Source of the DNA: a virus
Lineage: Duplodnaviria > Caudoviricetes
Strand: one strand, 5' to 3'
IMG/VR virus record: IMGVR_UViG_3300037458_001652
Coordinates: 1 to 39,103 of that record
Length of the DNA: 39,103 bases
Shown here: piece after piece, positions 16,842-25,403 of the stretch
Position numbering within the stretch: the stretch's first letter is position 1
Layout of the letters: each line of letters opens with the position of its first letter
Program-made: the position numbers and the translations under genes
The notes under the pieces: generated by a model
Database searches by the model: none
Told to the model about the DNA's origin: nothing
What the model saw: only the letters and a program-made list of their open reading frames with translations

Positions 16842-17903
16842 TCAGGCGGTCGCGGCCAGCTGGGCGGCGGCATCCACGGCGGTGGCCTTCAGCCGCGCAC
16901 CTTGGCCAAACCAGGTGCTCGACAGGCGCCGATCCTGATCGGGCCCGCGGACGTGGTCGAGCCAATGGGTGACGCCCTGGACCAGGCCGTAAGCCGAGCC
17001 GGGCGCGGCGCCAGGCGCGGTGTGGTAGGAGGCCATCAGATCTTCGAGCCCGCGGATCGCCCGCTCGGGCTCGGCACGGTCGGTCTCGATGCGGGTATAG
17101 CCGCCGCGGACCGACCCGCCAAGCAACTGGTCGAAGCGGTCGGCTTGGTGGTCGCCGCGGGCAGCCGGGCGATCCTGGGCTGGTCGCAACAGCTCGCTGA
17201 AGAAGGTCCGCGCCTCGGCCTCGTTGACCTCCACCTGTTGGAGCCTCTTCATCTGCTGGACGAAGGCATCCCAGCTCGCGTCGAAGTCGACCATGCCCAG
17301 CTCGCGCTTGATCACCTTGGCGTCAAACAAAGTGTTGTGGCGCACCGTCACCCGCTTACCCTTTTGGTCGTTCAGGGCGAAGCCGAGCGTGTTGGCACAG
17401 ACGACCCGCACGTCGGTGGCCTGGGCCAAGGTCGCCAGCGACCCGTCGGCGCTGGTGGCGAGCAGCATGTAGAGCTCGTGGTGGTCGGTCCCATCGAGGT
17501 AGGCGTCGAGACCCGCCTTGGCCAGCGCCCAATACTGGGCACCGCCCTTCAGGACGCCGGCGGTCTCCAGCGACCAGCGCTGCGACTCGCACACGTCGGC
17601 GAAGAAGTCGAGCACCTGGGCCGGCTGCACCTCACGGTAGCGACCAGACATCACGGAGAGCGGGGCGCCCGTATCGCTGCGGTGCAGCACGAAACGGTCC
17701 GGCATCTGCCGGGTGATCCCATGACTGTCGGTGAAGGTGACCGGGGCCTTCTCGATCTGCCAGTCGAAGCCGGCGGCGCGCCGCCATTCCTCGAGGGAGG
17801 CGTCGTCCGGGAGCGGCGCGCCCAGACCATGCCAGGGGGTCCCGCCGGTGCGGGCGTAGGCGATCGCGGCACGGCCGCGGGAGAAATCAAGCTCATGTGC
17901 CAT
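16842..17903 (-). CDS. DUF932 (TIGR03299 phage/plasmid-like) protein
   Basis: MAHE...TPWHGLG...RSDTGAPL...ETAGVLKGG...RVVCANTL...WFGQG; ATG at 17903 with GAGG RBS. Confidence 0.9.
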   Translation of the reverse strand: MAHELDFSRGRAAIAYARTGGTPWHGLGAPLPDDASLEEWRRAAGFDWQIEKAPVTFTDSHGITRQMPDRFVLHRSDTGAPLSVMSGRYREVQPAQVLDFFADVCESQRWSLETAGVLKGGAQYWALAKAGLDAYLDGTDHHELYMLLATSADGSLATLAQATDVRVVCANTLGFALNDQKGKRVTVRHNTLFDAKVIKRELGMVDFDASWDAFVQQMKRLQQVEVNEAEARTFFSELLRPAQDRPAARGDHQADRFDQLLGGSVRGGYTRIETDRAEPERAIRGLEDLMASYHTAPGAAPGSAYGLVQGVTHWLDHVRGPDQDRRLSSTWFGQGARLKATAVDAAAQLAATA

Positions 17904-17979
17904 GGTGGTATCCTCGGTTGACTCGGTTGACTCGGGACTGCGGTTGGCCAGATTTGCAGGTTGCTTACTGGTATAAATA

Positions 17980-18008
17980 AGTCTAAGCAGACGTAAGTAT
18001 TCTGGCAA
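17980..18008 (-). promoter_or_regulatory. sigma70-type promoter
   Basis: TTGCCA-N17-TAGACT. Confidence 0.75.
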
Positions 18009-18132
18009 GCCGCCCGCGCGAACTTTTTTCGGAGCGCCTAGCAGACCGCACGCGGACGCGCGAAAGGGCGCACGGATTCGCGCACGGGGCCAGGTGGTCG
18101 ACGGGTCGACGGGATCGAGGTCCAGACACGAC

Positions 18133-18234
18133 GACGCCTCCGCGAGGGAGGCGTCACGAGGGGTTGGCCGGGTCAGCCGGCCGCGGGTCAGGCGCCAGGC
18201 CCAGACGCAAAAACGCCTCCACGAGGGAGGCGTC
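18133..18234. repeat. two near-identical hairpins; the right-hand copy is a minus-strand terminator
   Basis: ACGCCTCC(G/A)CGAGGGAGGCGTC at 18134-18155 and 18213-18234; A-run at 18209-18213. Confidence 0.75.
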
Positions 18235-18260
18235 TCAAGGTGGGCCGGGGCGAGCGGCGG

Positions 18261-18527
18261 TCAGTCCGCGGGGTCCACGGGGTCCGCGGCATCCGCCGAG
18301 ATCAGGAAACTCGGCTTGGGCGCGGCAGGCTTCTCGATGATCCGCAGCCGGTCATCGAGATACGCCTCGACCGCCATCGTCACGAAGGCGGCGACGCTGA
18401 TCTGGTCCTGCTCGCAACGGGCGGTCAGCGCCCGGCGCATCTCCAACGAGGGCAAGCGCACGCTCAAGACCTGGGTGCCGATGGTATCCACGGGAAGCTC
18501 GGAGGTGGGCAGGCGTTTTCTTGACAT
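18261..18527 (-). CDS. ribbon-helix-helix DNA-binding protein
   Basis: VLSVRLP (beta strand), EMRRALTARC (helix), ISVAAFVTMAVEAYL (helix). Confidence 0.65.
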   Translation of the reverse strand: MSRKRLPTSELPVDTIGTQVLSVRLPSLEMRRALTARCEQDQISVAAFVTMAVEAYLDDRLRIIEKPAAPKPSFLISADAADPVDPAD

Positions 18528-18533
18528 GGCCTC

Positions 18534-18564
18534 ATTGTAGACGGGTTCCCGGTCCATGTCTACA
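18534..18564 (-). promoter_or_regulatory. promoter with overlapping inverted-repeat operator (probable leaderless transcript)
   Basis: TAGACA-N17-TACAAT ending 6 nt before ATG 18527; TGTAGAC-N15-GTCTACA at 18536-18564. Confidence 0.75.
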
Positions 18565-18580
18565 TCAGGAAGCCTATCGC

Positions 18581-18826
18581 TTACAGGAATAAAGGGCCTG
18601 CGGGGCGTCCTCCCAACCGCCCCTGCTGCCGCTCATACTGACGAACCCGCTCGGGATCAAACAGCCAGCCGAGCGGGGTGCGAACGCCGCCCATCTCGCG
18701 CTTGACCCGGTCGGAGCGTTTGAAGATCGCTTGGCGGGTCACGCCCAGCAGCTCGGCCACCGTCGTGTAATCGACGTAGCCGGTCAAGGCACTCTCGATC
18801 TGCCCGGCGGCAATCGGCTTGGTCAT
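18581..18826 (-). CDS. excisionase-like HTH DNA-binding protein
   Basis: VDYTTVAELLGVTRQAI...GWLFDPERV; start at 18826 or 18838. Confidence 0.7.
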   Translation of the reverse strand: MTKPIAAGQIESALTGYVDYTTVAELLGVTRQAIFKRSDRVKREMGGVRTPLGWLFDPERVRQYERQQGRLGGRPAGPLFL

Positions 18827-18881
18827 CGTGGTCGGCATCTCCAACAGCGCAAGGGACCGGGATAGTCTCGTCGAGCGGGTT

Positions 18882-19136
18882 TCACTCGTCAACCCGAACG
18901 GCCGCCCCGGCCGCCAGCATATCCTCGACAAAGGCGGCGGCGGACTCGGTGCGAAAGGTCCGCCCATGGACCATCTCATAGAACTGGTTCCAGCGCGCCA
19001 TGAAGGCACGAGCGTTCTCGCACGGAGCGAAGGCGGTCTCGTTCATGGCGTCGACGATCTCGGCCGGCGTGCCGGTAAACCGCTCCGGCCGGTCGTCGGT
19101 CAGCTCGATCGTCAATCGGGTGTTCTCGTCCAGCAT
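18882..19136 (-). CDS. hypothetical protein
   Basis: GGAGG RBS; 84 aa. Confidence 0.7.
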   Translation of the reverse strand: MLDENTRLTIELTDDRPERFTGTPAEIVDAMNETAFAPCENARAFMARWNQFYEMVHGRTFRTESAAAFVEDMLAAGAAVRVDE

Positions 19137-19190
19137 CGGTCGATCCTCCAAGCGCCCGCCCGGCGAACCGGGCTGGCAAGGTGAGTCATG

Positions 19191-19992
19191 TCAGGCCGCC
19201 AGGGCGGCGGTGCGAGCCCGGATGTACCCGGCCAGGGCTTTGCCGCAGGTCAGCCGGAAGAAGCGCAGGTAGTTCGGCTCGCCGCGGCTGTCCACGCTCT
19301 TGGCCTTGGCGCCCTTCTCCAGCAGCGCACGGGTGATCTGCACCCAGTTGACGATCTTCGCCGCCTCGATGGTCCCGGAGTGGTGCCGGAACTCCAAGGT
19401 GCCATGCCGCCACAGGCTGTAGGGGTTGACCTTGTAGTAGCGGTCACCAAGCAGGCGCTGCACATCGTCGCGGGTCTTGCAGGCCACGAAGGCCTCAACC
19501 GTGCGGGCGACATCGCGAGCGACGTTCAGGGTCTTGATCATCTCGTTGCCATTGCCCCGGCGACTCTTGGGCATCATCGCATCGATCCAGGCCTCGTGCT
19601 TCGCATACAGGGCCAGGATCTTGCCGACCTTGGCGACCCCCCAGGTCGGCCGCGGCATGGTGCACATGCAGCCCGCAGCGCCGGTCGATCTGACAACCAA
19701 GGCCGGTCAGCACGCGCGACACCGTCTCGATCACGGCGAAGGAGGTCGCGTCGAACCGCAGCGGCGGGCTCACCAGCTCCCAGCCCGCGCCCTGCAACGA
19801 GGCGTCGGTCACGATCTTCCAATGACGGCGGGTCGCGTGATTGTAACCCTCGACGAAGGTCTCGATCCCGGCGTCGGTCAGGGCGCGCGCGATGGTCTCG
19901 GCCGGGAGACGGCTCAGGAACTCGATCTCGACTCCAAAGGTACGGCCGGCGTCAGCGGTGAAGGTCTCGGTGGCAACGAAGGGGCTGGTCAT
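19191..19992 (-). pseudogene. putative amidoligase (COOH-NH2 ligase type 2) split by a +1 frameshift
   Basis: N-half RTFGVEIE...WKIVTDASL...ELVSPPL...CGLHVH; C-half RYYKVN...TLEFRHHSGT in another frame; junction at the G6 run 19637-19642. Confidence 0.85.
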
Positions 19993-20031
19993 CTCGGTCT
20001 CCCGGGTGGCTATGTTGCTCGCTTGAATGTA

Positions 20032-20059
20032 AGTATACAGTAAGCCCTGCCAATGGCAA
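20032..20059 (-). promoter_or_regulatory. sigma70-type promoter with GTAAG-N6-GTAAG repeat
   Basis: TTGCCA-N16-TATACT. Confidence 0.7.
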
Positions 20060-20099
20060 CCCTGAAAGGCCGAGTTTTTTCATCGTTTGAGCGATTTTT

Positions 20100-22565
20100 T
20101 CAAGCGGTGACAAGCCCTTGCCGCGCAGCGGCCAAGACCCCAGTGCGCACGGCGATGACGGCCGGGAGCGGGTCCTTCTCTTGGCGCGGGATGGCCGTCC
20201 CGGCGGCCAGCCAGCCGGCGGCCTGGAGCTCCAGCAGGGCCAGCCGGAGCCGGGCCTCGGTGCGCAAGCCGGGGAGCCGCACATGCCGCCGCAGCACGGC
20301 CGGGTCGATGGTCTCGACGTTGGCCTCGACCAGATAGCGGGCCAGCACCCGCGCCAGGCGCTCCGGCGAGGGCTCGCCGGCATCCATCTCGCAACGCTCG
20401 CGGTGGCCGCCAAAGAAGCCGACCCGCAGCTCGATCGCGGCGCTCAAGGTGGCCTCGGCGATCACCGGCGGCAGGTCCGGGCGGGCGGTGATGGCCCAGT
20501 CGAGCGCGTGCAGCACGGCCGCCAGCCGCACCACATGGCCCATGGCCTTGCCTTCGAAGCTCGGGATAGCATCGCCATAACGGCGGCGCAACGCGGCCAG
20601 ATAGTCCTCACGCCAGGCCAGAAAGCGCGCCTGGGCGTTCTCGCTCAAGTGCAGGGTCAACGCCTGCCGACCGGTGACCGGATGCTCCTCGATCTGCTCC
20701 GCCCCGGCCGCGTAGAGCCGTTCGGCGGCCTGGGCGATCTGCTGCTCCGCCCACGACCAGGCCGCGGCGTCCACCGTCTCGGCCGCGGGCGCGGGGCTCG
20801 GCCAGACGGTCAGGAAGCGGGCGGCGAGCCCGTCATCCAGCTCGTTCAGCAGCAACGGTGGGAGCAGGTCCGGTTGGATGGCCCCGCAGAGCGCGATCGC
20901 CATGGCCGGGATCAGCAACGGCTCATCACCGAGCTTGCGCCGGTCGACCGAGTACGGCCGGGCGTCGTAACACTTCAGCCAGAAGCCGCGGTCGTTGCCC
21001 CCGCCTTGCCGGTAGCGGGTCAGGGCCGTGACCCAGCTCGTCATCTCTGGCGACCAACCGATCAGCCCGCGGCCTTCGCGGGCGAGCACCGCCGCGGCGG
21101 CCTCCACCGTGGTGTCCTCCAGCCGCACCCGATGCAGGAACGGCTTGTCGGCCGGGTCCGGCTCGGTCGCGGTCTCATAGAGCAAGCGCTCCTCGCTGTA
21201 GCGTTGGCGCAGGCGCTGCTCGAGGGCTTCGATCCCGACCTCGACCGCTTCCAGCGCTGGGCTTTTCCCGGCGGCCGAGTCGCCGACCAGGAGCACCCAG
21301 AGGATGGCGGGCTCCACCCAACCGGGCCGCACCTCCACCTGCAAGCGACCGGCGAGCAGTCCCGACGCCACGCCGAGCAAGGCCGCCAGCAGATAGTCGA
21401 CCGGCGCACTCTTGGCCCGCGCGGCCGTCGTCAGCCACCTCGACCAGCTCGGCAGCACGTCGGCCGGGGCCGGGACCGCACGCCGGTTGAGGTCCAGGAT
21501 CGATAGGTCCGGACCGCGCGCCCCCGCGGGCCCGCGGGCGGCATGGATCAACCCGCGCAGGTGCTCGACACTCACGCCCGGCGGCAAGGGGTCGGCCAGG
21601 TCCCATTTGAGCGGGTAGTGGTCGGGCACATTGACGACCGACACCGCCGCCCCCGCGGCCACCGCCCGCTGCCGCACGGTCTCGGCATACCGCAGACCGG
21701 CGGCGTCATGGTCGGGCCAGATCGTCACGTCGCGGCCGACCAGCAGACTCCAGTCGGCCCGCTGATGCAGATTCCCACCGACGCAGGTGCAGACATAGTC
21801 GGGCAGCAAGGCCGCCGCGGCGAGCGTGGCCTTCTCGCCCTCGCACACCAGCACCGGCGCGGTCGGCTTCAGCGCCAGCCGGTCAGCATTGAACAAGGGG
21901 ATCGACGCGGGCCAGGCCGGGACCCAACGCAAGGGCGCGGCCGGGTCCTCCGCCGGGCGGGCCCAGATCACCGGCCGCACCGCTTTGCCCTGGGCGCTCT
22001 GAAAGCGCAGGGTCAGCAGGGCGGTCCGCCCGTCGGCCCGGCGCCAGGCGTAGACATGGGCCGGCTCGCCATGGGTCTGCCGCAGCGTCACATAGAGGGC
22101 GTCGAGCCCGTCACGGCGAGCCGGGATGTCGGCGGCGAGCCAGGCCGGGGCCTCGGTCTCCAGATGCACCGCCACCTGCCCGGCGAAGGTCTCCTCCTCA
22201 CCCGTCAGCGGGCGAAACTCGGTCGGCGCGGCGGGGTCGACCGCGCACAGGCCGAGCATCCCGCCGAGCCACCGCTCGGCCGTCTCGGACGGGATCTGGT
22301 AGAGGTAGCCGACCCAGCTCGTCAGCCCTTGGCCGCGGGCATGGGGATCATCCGGGAGGGCGAAGTCGGCCCACAGACCGGAGGGCAGGTGCAGGCTCGC
22401 CGAGCCGAGATGACGATCGACGCGGGTCCGGTTACGCCACAGATAGCGGGCGCCGACCCGCTTGCCGTCGAACGGCGGCGGGGCCAAGCGGGCGGCGATG
22501 GCCGCGGCCAACGGCAAGGCCGTCATGGCGACCTGTCCGAAATCGGGGTTGGACAGGACCTGCAT
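20100..22565 (-). CDS. TOPRIM primase fused to DUF3987 (YfjI-like) P-loop helicase
   Basis: VLVCEGEKA, IWPDHDAAG, KWDLAD; Walker A GDSAAGKS; DTTVEA, GAIQP, DDGLAARFL. Confidence 0.88.
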   Translation of the reverse strand: MQVLSNPDFGQVAMTALPLAAAIAARLAPPPFDGKRVGARYLWRNRTRVDRHLGSASLHLPSGLWADFALPDDPHARGQGLTSWVGYLYQIPSETAERWLGGMLGLCAVDPAAPTEFRPLTGEEETFAGQVAVHLETEAPAWLAADIPARRDGLDALYVTLRQTHGEPAHVYAWRRADGRTALLTLRFQSAQGKAVRPVIWARPAEDPAAPLRWVPAWPASIPLFNADRLALKPTAPVLVCEGEKATLAAAALLPDYVCTCVGGNLHQRADWSLLVGRDVTIWPDHDAAGLRYAETVRQRAVAAGAAVSVVNVPDHYPLKWDLADPLPPGVSVEHLRGLIHAARGPAGARGPDLSILDLNRRAVPAPADVLPSWSRWLTTAARAKSAPVDYLLAALLGVASGLLAGRLQVEVRPGWVEPAILWVLLVGDSAAGKSPALEAVEVGIEALEQRLRQRYSEERLLYETATEPDPADKPFLHRVRLEDTTVEAAAAVLAREGRGLIGWSPEMTSWVTALTRYRQGGGNDRGFWLKCYDARPYSVDRRKLGDEPLLIPAMAIALCGAIQPDLLPPLLLNELDDGLAARFLTVWPSPAPAAETVDAAAWSWAEQQIAQAAERLYAAGAEQIEEHPVTGRQALTLHLSENAQARFLAWREDYLAALRRRYGDAIPSFEGKAMGHVVRLAAVLHALDWAITARPDLPPVIAEATLSAAIELRVGFFGGHRERCEMDAGEPSPERLARVLARYLVEANVETIDPAVLRRHVRLPGLRTEARLRLALLELQAAGWLAAGTAIPRQEKDPLPAVIAVRTGVLAAARQGLVTA

Positions 22566-22570
22566 CAGGC

Positions 22571-22897
22571 CTAAGCCGCCGCGAGTCTCAACGGGTAGGC
22601 CCGATGCTGATCCAGCCAGCGGTAGATGTCCCGCGCCCGCCAGATCGGCGGATCATCCGGGTCGGTGATCGGCCGCGGGGCCTCCGCGGATCGCAGCACC
22701 CGCTCGGCCGCGTCCAGATCGAGGCCGAGATAGGTCGCCACCCGATGCAAGGTCCAGAGCCCGTCTGGGTTCGGGCGCTCGATCGCCAGCACCTCGACCG
22801 CACGCGCCAGGTCGTAGAGGTCCCCGCGGCTGATCCGGTTCGCGACCGGCACGGTGGCCGCGAGGCGCTCAAGAAGCTTGTCGTAGTGATCGTTCAT
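22571..22897 (-). CDS. AlpA/excisionase-like HTH protein
   Basis: LWTLHRVATYLG...PRP...IWRARDIYRW. Confidence 0.65.
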   Translation of the reverse strand: MNDHYDKLLERLAATVPVANRISRGDLYDLARAVEVLAIERPNPDGLWTLHRVATYLGLDLDAAERVLRSAEAPRPITDPDDPPIWRARDIYRWLDQHRAYPLRLAAA

Positions 22898-23540
22898 GCA
22901 CGGCAGGGTAGCCGCGGGCGTTGCGCGAAACTTGGCCTCGATTCGCGAGCGAAACCGGGTAGCAGATCGCCCGGATCATCGGTAGGCGCGTCGGGTCCAG
23001 CAGATGCGCCAGGCACCGCGCCAGGGCCTCCGCCACCGTCTCCTGCTCGGGCGTCAGGGCTTTACCGCGCGGACGGTGGGTCAGACTCCGCTCGCAGCGC
23101 TCGATCCGGAAGGCCAGCAGCCGCTCGGCCAACCGCTCGCCGGTGTCGGCGGTCCGACCCAACAGCTCGGCCGCCCGCATCGTCGCCTGGGCGATGGCCG
23201 GGTCCAGCTTGCGGTAGCCCGAGGTCTGGCCCGTCTGCTCATTGCGCCGGGTGACCCACGCCACATCATCGACCCAGCGCGCGGTCGGCAGCCGCGCCGG
23301 GTCCATCGAGATCGCCATCAACGCGCACGACCCGCCGCGGGATCGGCCATCGAACAGGGCATAGCACAGGCCGGTCAGGTCCGGGCCCTCGTGACGCACG
23401 GTCTCCAGCGCTTGCGCGGTGATCAGCTCCGGGTCGATCCAGAAGGCGCCGTGGTCCGGGAGGGCGTTCAGCAGCCGCCGCCGCGCGGTCTGCTCCCGCT
23501 CGAACCGGATCGTCAGCTGGGCTCGCGTCAGCATCGTCAT
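22869..23540 (-). CDS. hypothetical protein
   Basis: ATGA overlap with the upstream HTH gene; GGAGG RBS. Confidence 0.65.
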   Translation of the reverse strand: MTMLTRAQLTIRFEREQTARRRLLNALPDHGAFWIDPELITAQALETVRHEGPDLTGLCYALFDGRSRGGSCALMAISMDPARLPTARWVDDVAWVTRRNEQTGQTSGYRKLDPAIAQATMRAAELLGRTADTGERLAERLLAFRIERCERSLTHRPRGKALTPEQETVAEALARCLAHLLDPTRLPMIRAICYPVSLANRGQVSRNARGYPAVHERSLRQAS

Positions 23541-23851
23541 GCTGCCACCTCCTCGACCTTCGCAGGGGCCGGGGCGCAGCGGTGGCGATCGAGGAAGGCC
23601 TCCAGATCGGAACGGCGATACAGCCACCGGCGGCCGATCCGAATCGCGGTCGGCCCGCGGCCTTCGAGGTCGAGCTTTTTCAAGAACGCCGGCGAGATCT
23701 GCAAATAGGCCGCGGCGTCGGGGCGGCCGTAGACCGGGTCATCGCTGGCAAGGGGAGGGGCGCATGGGCGGCGCCCCTTCAACAGCCCGGCCGATGTCGA
23801 GTCATAGACCGGAGCGAAGCTGGCAAGGGGAGGAGCGGGTAAGTCGGGCAT
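23537..23851 (-). CDS. HTH_17/AlpA-like DNA-binding protein (possible excisionase)
   Basis: DAAAYLQISPAFLKKL...GRGPTAIRIGRRWLYRRSDLEAFL. Confidence 0.85.
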   Translation of the reverse strand: MPDLPAPPLASFAPVYDSTSAGLLKGRRPCAPPLASDDPVYGRPDAAAYLQISPAFLKKLDLEGRGPTAIRIGRRWLYRRSDLEAFLDRHRCAPAPAKVEEVAA

Positions 23852-23931
23852 CTTCGGTATCCATCAGCGTTTGACGGATACCTAAGTTATTCATGCGGTG
23901 CTAAAAAGTCGCCCGCGCTAGATTTGAAAAC

Positions 23932-23978
23932 TACGCGTAACCCTACTACGCGCAAAATTACAGATTTACGCGTAACCC
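23932..23978. repeat. TACGCGTAACCC direct repeats in an AT-rich intergenic tract
   Basis: Copies at 23932-23943 and 23967-23978; partial CTACGCG at 23946-23952. Confidence 0.75.
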
Positions 23979-23981
23979 GAG

Positions 23982-24854
23982 CTAACGCTCTTGCGGAATC
24001 TTTGTTTTTGGGATCATCACGGCCTTGCAATTCGGGTAAACCTGGACGATTGTATCCAATAAGGAAATAGCATCATAAGTAAGCATCCACTCTGCTTCGG
24101 CTTGATGCTCGTTTTTTCTCCAATTACCGCCTTTTGGGTTTTCTTTTAATTGCGGACTCCGCTCTGGATATAAAAGGCTTGCCCACTCCATAGCCGTTAA
24201 ACTGCAATAACCCTGAATTATCCTCCAAGCGTTTAGATCGAGGTAAGCCAGCAAACGCCATGAGGCCCAATTTTGAAAGACCGAACCATCCAGATATAAC
24301 CTAGGGCTCTTTCCCTGTTGCCGCGGCCTGGGTTTTGGTTCTGGGTAGTTAAACCGGTCCCTTGCGCGAGCTAGATACTGCTTGAAAGCGTATATTAACG
24401 CCTCGTCCGAAGCGTTTAAGTTCACATTGATCGCGGTTATAAGACTAGAACCCGCTAGAGTCAGTTTATCATGCCCCTCATGGTATGGCCCTTCTTCACT
24501 TATCAAAGGCGCAGCTTCGAATAGTTCCTCGCGGTAAACTCGATCACGACCAAAACCAATAACCCACTCAATAGAATCATCCATAACATAATCGAAAACC
24601 GGAAAAGTATTTACTACTTCTCGCGCTTTTTTCTGAACATAATGTCTATCGGGATGCAGTTTAGCGAAAAAAGGCTTAACATATTGGTTGTAAAGCAATT
24701 GCCTTTTCCCTACAGCAATACGCCATTGCTCCGCAGTCCAATGCCACGCTTGTTCGTCATACCGTCTCAAGTCGAACCAGTTCAGACAGTCCTTGACGTA
24801 ATCGCGGACATCAGGAGCCCAATCTTCCAACGTCATCGACAGCACCACCTTCAA
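23982..24854 (-). CDS. DUF6387-like protein, AT-rich gene
   Basis: INVNLNASDEALIYAFKQYL...WRLLAYLDL...ASLLYP; visibly lower GC than the flanks; start could be ATG 24836. Confidence 0.7.
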   Translation of the reverse strand: MKVVLSMTLEDWAPDVRDYVKDCLNWFDLRRYDEQAWHWTAEQWRIAVGKRQLLYNQYVKPFFAKLHPDRHYVQKKAREVVNTFPVFDYVMDDSIEWVIGFGRDRVYREELFEAAPLISEEGPYHEGHDKLTLAGSSLITAINVNLNASDEALIYAFKQYLARARDRFNYPEPKPRPRQQGKSPRLYLDGSVFQNWASWRLLAYLDLNAWRIIQGYCSLTAMEWASLLYPERSPQLKENPKGGNWRKNEHQAEAEWMLTYDAISLLDTIVQVYPNCKAVMIPKTKIPQER

Positions 24855-24995
24855 GATGCCAAACCTTCACAAGGGAGGGGACGCTCGGCCAGACGGGTGA
24901 AGGGGTCCGTCGTTCGGCGGCCAGACCTAGGCCGAGCGGGACAACAGGGTAGCGCGCGCCTGAAGCACCGTAAAGTGTTACAAGGCCTCGTGCGG

Positions 24996-25292
24996 CTAGG
25001 TATCGGGCGATAGCAGACAAAGAATCGCAAGAGCGTGCTTGGGGTCGCCGGGCCCCCAACGCGAACCCGCGTAGCACGGCTCGGTTTGCCCAACGCGGCG
25101 GTACTCCTGCCCGCCGAACGTCGTGCGGACCTGTCCCTTGAGCTCGCCACCGGAATGCACGTTGTGCCAGGTCTTCCAGCCATCGGCGAGGGTCACCGCA
25201 CACTGACGAATCAACGCACGCTGCTCCTCGGTTGTCACGTCGCGGCGCTGAGGCTGGTTGCGCCCGGCTCGATTCCAGTCTCCACGCATCAC
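24996..25292 (-). CDS. hypothetical protein (possibly chimeric or decayed)
   Basis: GAGG RBS before 25292; lies between 31-bp direct repeats. Confidence 0.4.
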   Translation of the reverse strand: MMRGDWNRAGRNQPQRRDVTTEEQRALIRQCAVTLADGWKTWHNVHSGGELKGQVRTTFGGQEYRRVGQTEPCYAGSRWGPGDPKHALAILCLLSPDT

Positions 25293-25403
25293 ACCACCTC
25301 ACGCCGTCATCAGCATCAGATCCTGCTCGGTCAGGCTGCGACCGGTCGGCTCGATCTCGGCCTGCTCGGCCAGCTAAGCCAAGCGAAACAACAGGGTAGC
25401 GCG

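Noticed and set aside
17913-17935. 9-bp tandem repeat (CTCGGTTGA x2.5) and the EVDPPT repeat near 27600-27645
   Set aside because: Short local slippage duplications with no evident function
17904-18008. N-terminal extension of DUF932 from TTG 18008
   Set aside because: That TTG is the -35 box of the promoter; the family start MAHE with RBS is at 17903
18133-18234. Mini-CRISPR (two repeats and a spacer)
   Set aside because: Only two 22-bp copies, a 57-bp structured spacer, and one copy is a clear terminator
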